Of a DNA stretch of 64,000 nucleotides, positions 33,780 through 46,360 are shown piece after piece. Under the pieces are notes generated by a model, which worked only from the letters and a program-made list of their open reading frames with translations, was not told the DNA's origin and did no database searches. This DNA comes from Mobula hypostoma. Lineage: Eukaryota. Where the stretch lies: the NCBI RefSeq assembly GCF_963921235.1, contig NC_086097.1, positions 7,440,001 through 7,504,000 on the forward strand. Direction: 5' to 3'. The translations under genes and the position numbers were made by a program. Every line of letters starts with the position of its first letter. Position 1 is the first letter of the stretch.

Positions 33780-34330
33780 ATCATGCAGAACGAGCAGTCA
33801 CATCAGCTACCTGAGCCTGATAGTTGTGACTGCACTGTGAAAAAAATCTCCGTGCCGTTCCTCACGTGTTTGATTAGCCAGATAATAATAATACTTCGAA
33901 AACTTTGAAGCAGCATCTTGACACAATTAAATCAATAATGAGCAGGGAGAGTGACGAGCTTTTTGATAGAACAAAGGCACCGTAATTATCCTGCTAATGC
34001 AACATGGCTTGGAGTTGTATCAGGTCATCCTGTGAAACACTGGCCTGCTATAAATTAATTATTTCCTTGTATAAAGTTTCTTATGTTTTTAAACTCCAAT
34101 TATCTTCAGCTAATAAATCTTTTCAGAATGTGTGTTCCTTGCACTCATGGGCTGACAGGTTTCTTTTATTTTCATTTCCCTTTTTGACTCAATGAACACT
34201 CCATTTTGATTGAATTGACCCTCTAAATATTTCAGTCACTGCTGCATTTTTCCACTTGTGTAAGCTTTAATTTGCATCAAATTACCAGAAATGACACCTG
34301 TTACTAAAGATGTCAAATTTCAGTAGTGAA
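33780..34330. promoter_or_regulatory. Candidate conserved non-coding element or enhancer
   Basis: Repeat-free island with clustered homeodomain, Sox, Pbx-like and octamer-type motifs. Conservation not tested. Confidence 0.3.
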
Positions 34331-35546
34331 TTACTATAAGTGAGCCAAGACAATCTAAAATATGCGTCATTAGAGATATTTGTTGATCCTTTTACCTAGT
34401 TTGGGTTCGCTGACATTCTTTTACCCATGAATGAGTGCCCGATCCTAAAGGATTAACTTGCACTTTTCAGCAGCATTGGGATATAATTGGCCAAAACTCC
34501 TTTGATTTGAGTGAAACCAAGGGTAACATTTCCTATTCAAGGTAAAACATAATTAAATTCAATTTATCCATAAGAAGCTTCAAGAGAACATGCTGGTGGA
34601 CGCAGGATGAAATACGACACATAATATATTTTATGAAGGCACAGAAAACCAAGTATTTCTTCCACTTTAACTAGGCCACACTAAAATTGAAAAAAAGCTT
34701 CAAGATTCAAGATTGTTTAATGCCATTTCCAGTGCACAAGTCTAAAGGAGAACAAAATAATTGCCACTCTGGACCTGATGCAGCACAAAAAAAAGCAAAA
34801 TAAGATAAGCATAAATTGATGGTATGTCTATAAAGTGGCACTAGGCACAGGAGTGCCTGTACATAAGGTGACTGACCCAAAATGATAAAGTAGTGGTAGT
34901 GGGGGATGTGGTGGACTGTGTGTGTGGGTGGTGGTGTAGATCAGCCTTACTGTTTCTCTCTACTGCCATCTGGAAGAGGATACAAGAGCCTTTGGACTCA
35001 CACCACCAGGTTCAGGAACAGTTATTACCCCTCAACCATCAGGCTCTTGAAGCAAAGGGGATAACTTCACTGAAATTCACTCGCCCCATCATTAAAATGT
35101 TCCCACAATCGATGGGCTCACTTTCAAGTACTCTTCATCTCATGTTCTTGATATTTATTGTTTATTTATTTATTATTATTATTTCTTTCTTTTTGTATTT
35201 ACACAGATTGTTATCTTTTGCACACTGGTTGAATGCCCAACATAGTGGAGTGTTGCATTAATTCTGTTAGGATTATTCTATTATGGACTTACTGTGTATG
35301 CCCACAAGAAAATGGATCTCAGGGTTGCATATTGTGACATATATATACTTTTGATAAGAAATTTACTTTGAACTTTGAAACTAACTGTTCTTGAGTCCGG
35401 TGGTCCTGGTGTGGATGCTATGTAGCCTCTTCCCTGATGGGAGTGGGACAAACAGTCCATGAGTGGGGGCGGGGGGGGGTAGGATCCTTCATAATGTCAT
35501 TGGCTCCTTTCCTGCATCTTTTTGTATAATTTTGGAAATTGCCCAA

Positions 35547-35548
<2 letters not shown>

Positions 35549-35581
<33 letters not shown>
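35549..35581. repeat. (TA)n microsatellite
   Basis: Perfect TA tract. Confidence 0.97.
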
Positions 35582-35583
<2 letters not shown>

Positions 35584-36025
35584 TGATGAATCAGAATCAA
35601 AATCAAGTTTAATATCACTGGCATACTTTGTGCAATTTGTTGTGACTGCTGTTATCGGTTTGTAAAATGTGATCCAAACAGTGTTGCTGCAATTATACAG
35701 GGATAAAAATGAAGTAAAATTATAAGATGAGGTTTGAGATTTAAATACCTGTTTTAACTCTTTCAGTAATTAAGGCATACACATTACTAGTCACATTTGC
35801 ACATGGAAAAATCTGCCTATTTTAATAATGACTTTAGCCTAATTTCATTGTTCAATAAGGTTCACTCAGATGAAATAAACTGCAATCTCAGTCAGTGCTA
35901 TTTTCAATTGGCTTGCTGATGTATTTGAACGCACAGTTGAAGCTGTCTCATTTAGTCTGCAAAAATACTGCCAAAAGAAACGTATTTAAAATATGAGGTG
36001 ATGGTAGCTTTAACAGTCAATGTGA

Positions 36026-36365
36026 AGAACATAGAATATAGAACATAAAAATCTGCAGCGCGTTACAGGCCTTTCGGCCCACAATGTCGTGCTGACCACA
36101 TAACCTACTCTAGAAACTGCCGAGAATTTCACTAACACATAGCCCTCTATTTTTCTAAGCTCCATGTACCTATTGTATCCGCCTCTACCACCTTCACTGC
36201 CAATACATTTCATACACCCACCACTCTTAGATAGGTAAATGAAAAAATTTACCCCTTGTACCTACTTCCAAGCACCTTAAAACTATGCCCTCTCATGTTA
36301 ACCATTTCAGCCCTCAGGAATAGCCTCTGCATAACCACACGATCAATGTCTCTCATCATCTTATT
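36026..36365 (-). mobile_element. CR1 LINE 3' end
   Basis: (aacatag)n tail; same subfamily type as 45024-45770. Confidence 0.8.
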
Positions 36366-36621
36366 CACACCAGGACTACCAGACTCAAAGAGAATTGGTT
36401 AATTTGCAAAGTAGCAAAGGGTAACATCAGAGCAATATTTGAATGTGTTGAAGTGATCTCCTGCTGTGGAACATTCAAAGGTAAGATTCTCAGCTAGTCG
36501 TCTGGTGGACTAGCCTGGTCTCTGCCAAACAAAATGTTCAGATTCTGTGAACCGCTTCTAGGTATGTAGCCAGAAAGTAAAATAGAAAAATTGTACTGGA
36601 CTGAAATTGGTGCTTTCAACT

Positions 36622-36863
36622 GTAAACACAAGAAAGTCTGCAGATGCTGGAAATCTGGAGCATCACATTCAAAACCCTGGAGGAATTCAGTAGGTTAGGC
36701 AGCATCTATGGAAAAGAGTAAACAGTTGATGTTTCAGGCCGGGACCCTTCCTTAGGCTCTGCCAGTGATATTAAACCTGAAGAAGAGTCTCCACCCGAAA
36801 TATCAAATGTTTACTCTTCTTCACAGATGCTGCCTGATCTGTTGAGTTCTTCCAATATTTGCA
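36622..36863. mobile_element. PLE-derived fold-back mini-element
   Basis: Inverted arms with decayed hammerheads at 36724-36758 (minus) and 36774-36808 (plus). TSD ggtgctttcaact (36609-36621) / ggtgttttcaagt (36864-36876). Confidence 0.8.
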
Positions 36864-37254
36864 GGTGTTTTCAAGTTGGCCATTTGAATCATTGGTATGA
36901 ACATTAATGATTTTATGAGGGTTGGGCATGGTTGGGACACACTGGATGAGTTACATAATATCCATAACTATGAGAAAACTGATTTAAGATTACTGAATTC
37001 TAATGATATTTTTAATTTAATTTAAAAAGAGGAGTTATTTCAAACACTTTCCATCCAAAAGTACAACAAATAAAATATGCCACAACTTTCCTAATCAGCC
37101 ACATGTCTCTTCTACTCAATCCTACGTTTCCCTTCTCTAACTTGTGCCTCTCTGCCTCGACATTACACCTCTCCTACTCAACCTCATGTCTCTCCTAGAA
37201 AATATTGTTTTGCCACCATTCTGAATTGCATGGTAAACAATGAGAATAATGACG

Positions 37255-37781
37255 TAAACACGAGGAATTCTGCAGATGCTGGAAATTCAAGCAACACACA
37301 TCAAAGTTGCTGGTGAACGCAGCAGGTCAGGCAGCATCTCTAGGAAGAGGTACAGTCGACGTTTCGGGCCGAGACCCTTCGTCAGGACTAACCGAAAGAA
37401 GAGCTAATAAGAGATTTGAAAGTGGGAGGGGGAGGGGGAGATCCAAAATGATAGGAGAAGACAGGAGGGGGAGGGATGGAGCCAAGAGCTGGATAGGTGA
37501 TAGGCAAAAGGGATATGAGAGGATCATGGGACAGGAGGCCCAGGGAGAAAGAAAAGGGGGAGGGGGGAAAACCCAGAGGATGGGCAAGGGGTATAGTCAG
37601 AGGGACAGAGGGAGAAAAAGGAGAGAGAGAGAAAGAATGTGTGTATATAAATGAATAACGGATGGGGTACGAGGGGGAGGTGGGGCATTAACAGAAGTTA
37701 GAGAAGTCGATGTTCATGCCATCAGGTTGGAGGCTACCCAGACGGAATATAAGGTGTTGTTCCTCCAACCTGAGTGTGGCT
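37255..37781 (-). mobile_element. Penelope-like element 3' part (young copy)
   Basis: The minus strand encodes LEEQHLIFRLGSLQPDGMNIDFSNFC-stop followed by the pseudo-LTR. Closely similar to 30778-31355. Confidence 0.9.
37353..37390 (-). ncRNA. Minimal type-I hammerhead ribozyme, intact core
   Basis: UAGUC-CUGACGA-A-GGGU-CUCG-GCCC-GAAA-C-GUC-GACUG. Stem I, the CUGANGA and GAAA core, palindromic ACGU stem III and a GUC cleavage triplet are all present. Confidence 0.82.
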
Positions 37782-39329
37782 GTGCATTCTTGACACTAGA
37801 AGAACGAGGGGGGACCCCACTGCTGTTGCTTGGTGGGTGGTGGGCATTAATGCCTTTTGCTGAAATGGGTGGGGGGCAGAGGGGGGAGGTTGATGTTTTG
37901 CAGCTGCTTGTGCACATGAGGTGGGAAAGAGGACTTTGGGGTTCTAACATTTTTCTGTCGTTCCTTCTTTTAGGTTTCTTCTATTATTTATGGATGTCTG
38001 CAAAGAGCAAGAATTTCAGGTTTTATGCTGTATATATTCTCTGATATTAAATAGAAACATTGAAGTCTATTGAATATTGAAAAGCCTGGATAGAGGATGT
38101 GGAGAGGGTATTTCCTATAGTGGTTGATTCTAGGACAGAGGGCATATTTTTCCTTGACAGGGATCCAGGGTTTTCTTTGTTTCATGGCTGTCTGTGGGAA
38201 GCCAAATCCCAGAGTTGGATACTGCATGCATAGTTTGATAATAAATGTACTTGAACCTTGAACCCTGTGCAAATAGATCTGCTATTAAGCTTTGGTCTTT
38301 GGAGTAGCACAGAACAAGTGCAATAAGTCTGCGCAATTACTAATAGAAACACCACACAACAGATAAATTAAACCATTTATTTATTTTAAAAGCTAGTTCT
38401 ATTCATTCTTGTTCAAATATTTGTCCATTCCATTATTGTTATACACCATTGGACAATGAGCTGTAGAAGTAAATATCCCTTAGCTGTTCCTATACGTCTA
38501 AATGACATAACTCACACTAAAAGATCAAGGATCAACCTTATTCACCATATACAGTGGGTTTACATGTAACAGGAATTTGCTGTAATGTCTTGGCTTGACT
38601 AAGCAACAAAAACAACATTCAATGGTTCTATAAAATAAATAAAGCGGTTTAAAGTGTTTACAGCGCAGTGAAGAGACTGAGTTAATAGATGGAGCGTCTG
38701 GGAGTGGGGGGGGGCTAACTGCAATGGTTGATCAGATTAACTGTTTGGGGGAAGAAATTTTTAAGACTGTGTGAAGTGTTTTAATAGCCCTATAGTGCTT
38801 TCCTGAAGGCAGCTTTTGAGAAAGCCCATTTGTGGGTGGGTAGCATACACAAATATGTATGTATTTATTGATTTGATTGATTGATTGAGATAGAGTCTGA
38901 AATCAGTTAACCTACTATCGGGTACAGCTTTGGACTGTTGAGAAGAAACAGGAGAATCTGGAGAAAACGGACACATTGCACGGGAAAGACATACCAACTC
39001 CTAACAGATGACGTCGGAACTGAACTTCGAGCCCCAACTGACCGAGCTAGAATAGTGTTGCACAAACCACTCCTCAACTGTGGCATCCCATTTTTAGCCT
39101 CCAGGATTTCTTCCTGCCAAAAACGCAGTACATCAGTATTGAAGCATCTAAAAGATGCATTCTGGACGAGCCGGCAGGAGTCATAGGAATGAACAAATTC
39201 TTTGATGTTTCGAAAATCTGTTAAACATCAGGACATTTCCACTCTTTTTTACTGCAAGCCATTCAGTTTAAGATGTTGTTATGTGTACAAATCGAGGCGA
39301 GAAGACTGCAACAAGCGGGGCACTTTCTA

Positions 39330-40617
39330 CGTCACCCCGAGCTACCTACCGGCCTAGTCATCATATGGGAGACCAAGCATGGGAGGATGAACCCTGGGCA
39401 CATTGTTGGTAGACTCTCAGGTGGTGACGAGAGGGTGCACAGGTGCCACAGCAACAACCTGGCACTCAATGAAAAAGTCTTACTCAACGTAAGACGAAAG
39501 AGCTGATTGTGGACTTCAGGAAGGGTAAGATGAAGGAACTCATACCAATCCTCATAGAGGGATCAGAAGTGGAGAGAGTGAGCGGCTTCAAGTTCCTGGG
39601 GGTCAAAATCTCTGAGGATCTAACCTGGTCCCAACACATTGATGTAGTCATAAAGAAGGCAAGACAGCGGCTATACTTTATTCGGAGTTTGAAGAGATTT
39701 GGCATGTTAACAAATACACTCAAAAACTTCTATAGTTGTACCATGAAGAGCATTCTGACAGGCTGCATCACTGTCTGGTGTGGAGGGGCTACTGTACAGG
39801 ACCAGAAGAAGCTGCAGAAGGTTGTAAATCTAGTCAGCTCCATCTTGGGTACTAGCCTACAAAGTACCCAGGACATCTTTAGGGAGCGGTGTCTCAGAAA
39901 GGCAGTGTCCATTATACTTCATACTTTATTATCGCCAGACAATTGATACTAGAGCGTACAATCATCACAGCGATATTTGATTCTGCGCTTTGCACTCCCT
40001 GGAGTACAAGTCGATAGTAAATATTAAAAAATTAAATTATAAATCATAAATAGAAAATAGAAAAGGGAAAGTAAGGTAGTGCAAAAAAACAGAGAGGCAG
40101 GTCCGGATATTTGGAGGGTACTGTCCAGATCTGGGTCAGGATCCATTCAGCAGTCTTATCACAGTTGGAGAGAAGCTGTTCCCAAATCTGGCCGTACGAG
40201 TCTTCAAGCTCCTGAGTCTCCTCCCTGAGAGAAGAGGGACGAGAAGTGTGTTGGCATTATTAAGGACCTCCAGCACCCAGGGCATGCCCTTTTCTCACCG
40301 ATACTTTCAGGTAGGAGGTACAGAAGCCTGAAGGCACAAACTCAGAGATTCAGGAACAGCTTCTTCTCCTCTGCCATCCGATTCCTAAATGAACATTGAA
40401 TCTTTGGACACTTCCTCACTTTTTTTTAATATGCAGTATTTCTGTTTTTGCACTTTTAAAAAAATCTATTCAGTGTATATAATTGATTTACTTGTTTATT
40501 TATTATTATTATCACTATTTTTTTCTCTGCTAGATTATGTATTGCATTGAACTGCTGCTGCTAAGTTGACAAATTTCACGTCACATGCCGGTGATAATAA
40601 ACCTGATTCTGATTCTG
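39330..40617 (+). mobile_element. Rex1/Babar-like LINE 3' part, with a nested minus-strand LINE tail at 39916-40254
   Basis: KFLGVKISEDLTWSQHI..KKARQRLYFIRSLKRFGM..SILTGCITVW. The nested insert is flanked by cattat (39910-39915 / 40255-40260). Confidence 0.9.
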
Positions 40618-40685
40618 TTTCATGTTTGACAAACAGCTTTGGAAATAATTCAGGTATAATGCAACTGACACAGAATTTCAAGGAG

Positions 40686-41285
40686 CAATAGACAATAGAC
40701 AATAGTTGCAGGAGCAGGCCATTCGGCCCTTCAAGCCAGCACCAATCTTTTGACTTATGACAGTCCCACCATACCGGGAATTAACCTTGTGAACCTACCC
40801 TGCACTCCCTCAATAGCAAGAATGTCCTTCCTCAAATTTGGAGACCAAAACTGCACACAGTACTCCAGGTGTGGTCTCACCAGGGCCCTGTACAGCTGCA
40901 GAAGGACCTCTTTGCTCTTGTACTCAATTCCCCTTGTTATGAAGGCCAGCATGCCATTAGCTTTCTTCACTGCCTGCTGTACTTGCATGCTTGCTTTCAG
41001 TGACTGATGCACAAGAACACCTAGATCTCATTGTACTTCCCCTTTTCCTAACTTGACTCCATTTAGATAATAATCTGCCTTCCTGTTCTTACCACCGAAG
41101 TGGATAACCTCACATTTATCCACATTAAACTGCATCTGCCATGCATCTGCCCAATCACCCAGCCTGTCCAAGTCACCCTGCATTCTCATAACATCCTCCT
41201 CACATTTCACACTGCCACCCAGCTTTGTGTCATCGGCAAATTTGCTAATGTTACTTTTAATTCCCTCATTAATATATATTGTAAA
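40686..41285 (-). mobile_element. CR1 LINE fragment with an internal deletion
   Basis: SKFADDTKLGG and RPHLEYCVQFWSP. The tail (caataga)n is joined directly to the RT C-terminus at about 40750. Confidence 0.9.
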
Positions 41286-43144
41286 TATACATTGCAATAT
41301 CACTTATTTCATTAATCCAGATAAACCTAAACCAAGATAGAAATATAAGTGACAAGGATGAGTTTAATTCAAGATTTCTTTGTTTGATGTCATTTTCAGT
41401 ACACAAGTGCAAAGGAGATCAAAATAATTGTTACTCCCAATCTGATGCAGCACAAAAGGAAACAATTGCAATTGAAAGTTCAAAGTAAATTTATTATTGA
41501 ATTACATACATGTCACCATATACAACCCTGAGTTTTATTTTCTCGCGAGCACACTCAATAAATCTATAGAATAATAACCATAACAGAACCAAAGAAACAC
41601 CACCCAACTTGGCAGTTATGACACAATAAAAGCTCAATAAATATAATTATCAGTAAAATAGAAGTTTCTCAAAATCAGAGCAAAGAGTTATAAGCTAAAT
41701 GGAAGTTCTACTTATTATGCCTGTCCAGGTCCCAGAGCATATTGAAGTGAATGAATCCAATGTTTGTTGGACGATTTGAGTGCTGTGCTGAATCAGAAGG
41801 GTCATGTACAGGCTGAATCGAGGCAGCATGGTCCAAGCCCCAGAGTGCATCAAAACAACTGAATCCGATGTTTGGACAATGATTTAGGCGCTGGGCCAGA
41901 TTGAAAAAGTCGGGGTTTCAGGGCCCGAGGCGAGAGATGGGCCGATTCAGCTTGAAGCTTTGCTCTGTGCTGAACTACCGTTCTGTGGACAGGCTCCCTT
42001 TGTGGACTTCAGTTCAGAACGTTATTTGCTTGCGTTTATTGTTTGCATGATTTGTTTTTTTTCTCTGTACATTGGGTGTTTGACAGTTGTCTTTCTTTTA
42101 AGGGGTTCTGCTGGGTTTCTTTCTTTCGTGGCTACCTGTTAGGAGACGAATCTCAAGGTTGTATATGGTATACATAAACTGCATTTTGAACTTTGAACAT
42201 TGGCAATGAGATGAAGACAAAGGCTAAAGGTACAGTTACTCTGGATAGCTGCCTCAGCAGACAACCATGCCTGCCATTGAAATAACAGTGTGTTTAAGTT
42301 CTTGGAGACCATAAAGCTCTTTGTTGGCTTATTGTGTGCTTTTAGAAATAGGCATGTATCTTTCATAAAATGCAACATGCAATGCAACATGTAGTAAGTG
42401 AACGAATATATCTAAAATCGGTATTAGTAGATTATCATATTTTTACTTAATACAGATCTATGGGTTGGCAACTGTACACTACGTCTTTGACAGCAAGGAA
42501 ATTCCTGTGAGGTCGGAGCATACCATCTGCACGACGCTCAGAATTTGATTTATTACTTGAAGAAAATTCATACAGACTCAAAACAAAACACAGAATATTT
42601 AACTTGCTGATAGCTTATCCAGATTTGTGAGGTTAAACTCTCTGCAGAACCTCAAAATACATTTTTGAAATTCTTGAATGGAATCACTCAATGACTATTT
42701 ATGCAGTAGGACTGTACATCTGAATTTAATTTTGGTGAACTGATGTATCTCATTGCTTTGAAAGCAGTTTGAATTGATATAGAGAAGTTTCAAATGGAGA
42801 AATGGGAGCAAAGATTTTGAAGTCAATCAAGATACACTTAAGTGCAGTTTCGCGAATGTCTGTAGATTTAGGGATGTAACATCAAATAGACTGCAAATAT
42901 TTTTTAAAAAGCTGTTGATGCTGGTAATTGGAAATAAAAGCAGAAACTGTTAGAAATACTCACCAGCGCAGACACCATCTGTAGAAAGAGAAATAAAGTC
43001 AATGCTCCAAGTGCCAAACTTTCTTTAAGACTTAAGGTAGATGAAATGCAAATGCTTCCCTCGCTAGCTTCATTTATCTTTGTGAAGGTCAGCTCTCATC
43101 TTATCTGCCATCAAATATGTCTTCTTAAACTTGACCCATGAGTT

Positions 43145-43915
43145 AGAAGTACCAAGTTTCCAGGAGTACACATAACGGACGATCTCACCTGGTCCCTCAA
43201 CATTTAGTCAAGAAAGCAAAGCAGTGTCTTTACTTCCTGAGGAGATTAAAGTGAGCAAGGCTCTTCTCCCCATTACTCTAACCAATTTTTACAGGAGCAC
43301 CAGTGAGAGTGTCCCGACCAGCTGTAACACCATCTGGTATGGGAGTTGCAAGGCATCTGACTACAAAGGATTGCAAGGACTACTGAAAGGATCATCGGCT
43401 TCTCTCTTCCACCCATCTGAGATTTTTGTCAGGAGCAGAGCCCTTATCATGGTCACTGATCCCTCCCATCTGACAACAATCTCTTTGACCCCCTACCATC
43501 AGGCAGGAGATATCGTTGCATTAGGACAATGCTGTTAGGATGGGAAACAGCTTCTTCTCCCAGGCCATGAGACGACTGAACTTCCCGCCACCCCTCAGGC
43601 TGCATCATGTATGAAAAGCCAGTGGCATTATACTGTTCACTTTTTGACATAGAACATAGAACATAGAATAGTACAGCACAGTACAGGCTCTTCGGCCCAC
43701 ATTGTTGTGCCGACCCTCAAACCCTGCCTCCCATATAACCCATATAAACCCCCCACCTTAAATTCCTCCATATACCTTTTGACTAGTGGTAATATTACTT
43801 GTAAGTGTTGTGTGTGAGTGATATGTACTGTGTTGTGCACTTTGGTCTGGAGGAACATTCTTTGATTTGATAGTATACAATGACAGCTGAATGACAATAA
43901 ACTGACTTGACTTGT
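43145..43915 (+). mobile_element. Rex1/Babar-like LINE 3' part, interrupted by a CR1 tail at about 43648-43778
   Basis: LTNFYRSTSESVPTSCNTIWYGSC and a (cttga)n tail. Confidence 0.75.
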
Positions 43916-44339
43916 TATTGGTCACAGACATGAGCAGTATAAATTCTGCCATACTTCCACTTTTCTGATGGTTTCTGAAATGTTTTAATGTTTGAGCAGC
44001 ACGTGGACGTCCACAATTTCAGGTGCTCTGATAGTGAACTATTCTCATATGCTTCATCAACAGCAGATGTTCTTCTGCAATGAACAGAGCGTAAGATTAC
44101 TTTCTGCACAGATATTGATTGATTTCTGGATTTAGAGGAATTAAGGGATTTGGCAATAGAGCAGGATAATCTGGTGCTGCAGCCATGGGAGTTTCTCTGA
44201 GTGCTCCAGTCTCCCCACCTACATCCCAAACATATGTACGTTGGTCAGAGAAGCAATCACTGGTAAGTTGTCTCTAGTGTACAGGTGAGTGGCGAATCTG
44301 AACCCAGTTGATAGGAATATGAAAAGAATAAAAATATCA

Positions 44340-44855
44340 GAATTTGAATCAGGTTTAATATCATTGGCATATGTCATGCAATTTGTTGTTTTGCCAAAGC
44401 AATATACTACAATACATAATAATGAAAGACGATAAATGACACTAAGAAATATATATGTATATATTACAGTAAATAAGTCGTACAAAAAGAGAACCCCCAA
44501 AAATATACTGAGGTAGTGTACAGGGGTTCATTGCCCATTCAGAAATTTGGTGGCAGAGAGAAAGAAGCTGTTCCTGAAGCATTGAGTGTGTGTCTTCAGG
44601 CTCCTGTACCCCTTCCTTCATGGTAGCAATGAGAAGAGAGCACGTCAAGGGTGATGGGGGGGGGCTTGTCCTTAATGATGGATGTTGCCTTTCTGAGGCA
44701 TCCATTTTTCAAGATGTCCTTGACTCTAGGAAGGCTAGTGCCGATGATGGAACTGGCTGAGTTTACAACTTCCTGCAGCTTTTTCAATCGTGTGCAGTGA
44801 CCCCTCCATACCAGATAGAGATGTAACCAGTTAGAATGCTCTCCATGGTATATCT
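44340..44855 (-). mobile_element. Rex1/Babar-like LINE 3' end
   Basis: KKLQEVVNSASSIIGTSLP..CLRKATSIIKD. Confidence 0.8.
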
Positions 44856-45023
44856 AAATGGAAATCAGTCAAATGGATTAGTGAAAATATGTCCTTGATA
44901 GTGTATAGATTTGGTGGGTTGAGGGGCCTGTTTCTATGTTGTATGAACCTAGAACCTTAAAACTAAACATAAGCTGTGTAATGGGGCATTTCAAGAGAGC
45001 TAAAATATTAAAGCAAGGAGGTA

Positions 45024-45770
45024 ATAGAAACATAGAAAACCTACAGCACAATACAGGCCCTTCGGCCCACAAAGCTGTGCCAAACATGTCCCTACTTTAG
45101 AACTACCTAGGATTTACCCATAGCCTTCTATTTTTTCTAAGCTTCATGTAGCCTTCCAGGAGCCTCTTAAAAGACTCTATCGTTTCCGCTGCCGGCAGCC
45201 CATTCCACACACTCACCACTCTCTGCGTAAAAAACTTACCCTTGACATCTCCCCTGTACCTTCTTCCAAGCATCTTAAAACTACGCCCTCTCGTGCTAGC
45301 CATTTCAGCCTTGGGGAAGAACCTCTGACTATCCACACGATCAATGCCTCTCATTATCTTGTACCTCTCAGGTCACCTCTCATTCTCCGTCGCTCCAAGG
45401 AGAAAAAGGCCAAGTTCACTCAACCTATTCTCATAAGGCATGCTCCCCAGTCCAGGCAACATCCTTGAAAATCTCCTCTGCACCCTTTCTATGTTTTCCA
45501 CATCCTTCCTGTACTGAGGCAACCAGAGCTGAGCACAGTACCCCAAGTGGAATCTGACCAGGGTCCTATATAGCTGCAACATTACCTCCTGGCTCTTAAC
45601 CTCAATCCCACAATTGATGAAGGCCAATGCACCATATGCCTTTTTAACCACAGAGTCAACCTGTGTAGCCGCTTTGAGTGTCCTATGCACTCGGACCCCA
45701 GGATCCCTCTGATCCTCCACACTGCCAAGAGTCTTACCATTAATGCTATATTCTACTATTACATTTGACC
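45024..45770 (-). mobile_element. CR1 LINE 3' fragment
   Basis: ORFs 45103-45354 and 45373-45720 and an (aaacatag)n tail. Confidence 0.92.
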
Positions 45771-46360
45771 TATGATGGTTGAGGCTTTATAAATCACTGG
45801 TGGGGCCTCACTTGTATCTTGAGCAGTTTTGAGCCCTTTATCTAAGAATGGATGTGCTGACATTGGAGAGAGATCAAAGGAGGTTCACAAAGATCATACC
45901 ATGTTGAAAAGCTATATAAGGAAAGTTTGATGGCTCTAACTCTGTACTCACTGGAATTCAGAAGAATAAGGGGTGATCTCATTGAAACCAATTGAATGGT
46001 GAAAGGCCTTGATAGAGTGGATGCAGAGAGAATGTCTCCTATAATGGGTGAGTCAAAGACCAGAGGACACAGCCTCAGAATAGAGAGGCATCCTTTTTAG
46101 AATGAAGATGAGGAGGAATTTCTTTAGCCAGAAAGTGATGAGTCTGTGGAATTTGTTGCCATAGGCAGCTGTGGATGCCAAGTCATTGGATATATTTAAG
46201 GCAGAGACTAATTGATTTTTCATCTTTCAGGGCACAAAGTGATACAGCAAGAAGGAAGAGATTAAGTCTGAGACTGAAAATGGATCAGCCATGATGAAAT
46301 GGTGGGGCAGACTCAGTGGGCCGAATGACTTAATTCTGGTGTTGTATCTTACGGTCTTAT
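45771..46360 (+). mobile_element. CR1 LINE 3' fragment (different subfamily, back-to-back with the previous one)
   Basis: Similar to 13808-14360. Confidence 0.85.

Noticed and set aside
42910..43020. Additional hammerhead copy in an old PLE-like terminus
   Set aside because: The terminus is recognisable, but the core positions are too eroded to call.
45024..46360. Back-to-back CR1 pieces as a twin-priming inversion
   Set aside because: The halves belong to different subfamilies and each has its own 3' tail, so independent insertions are the simpler explanation.
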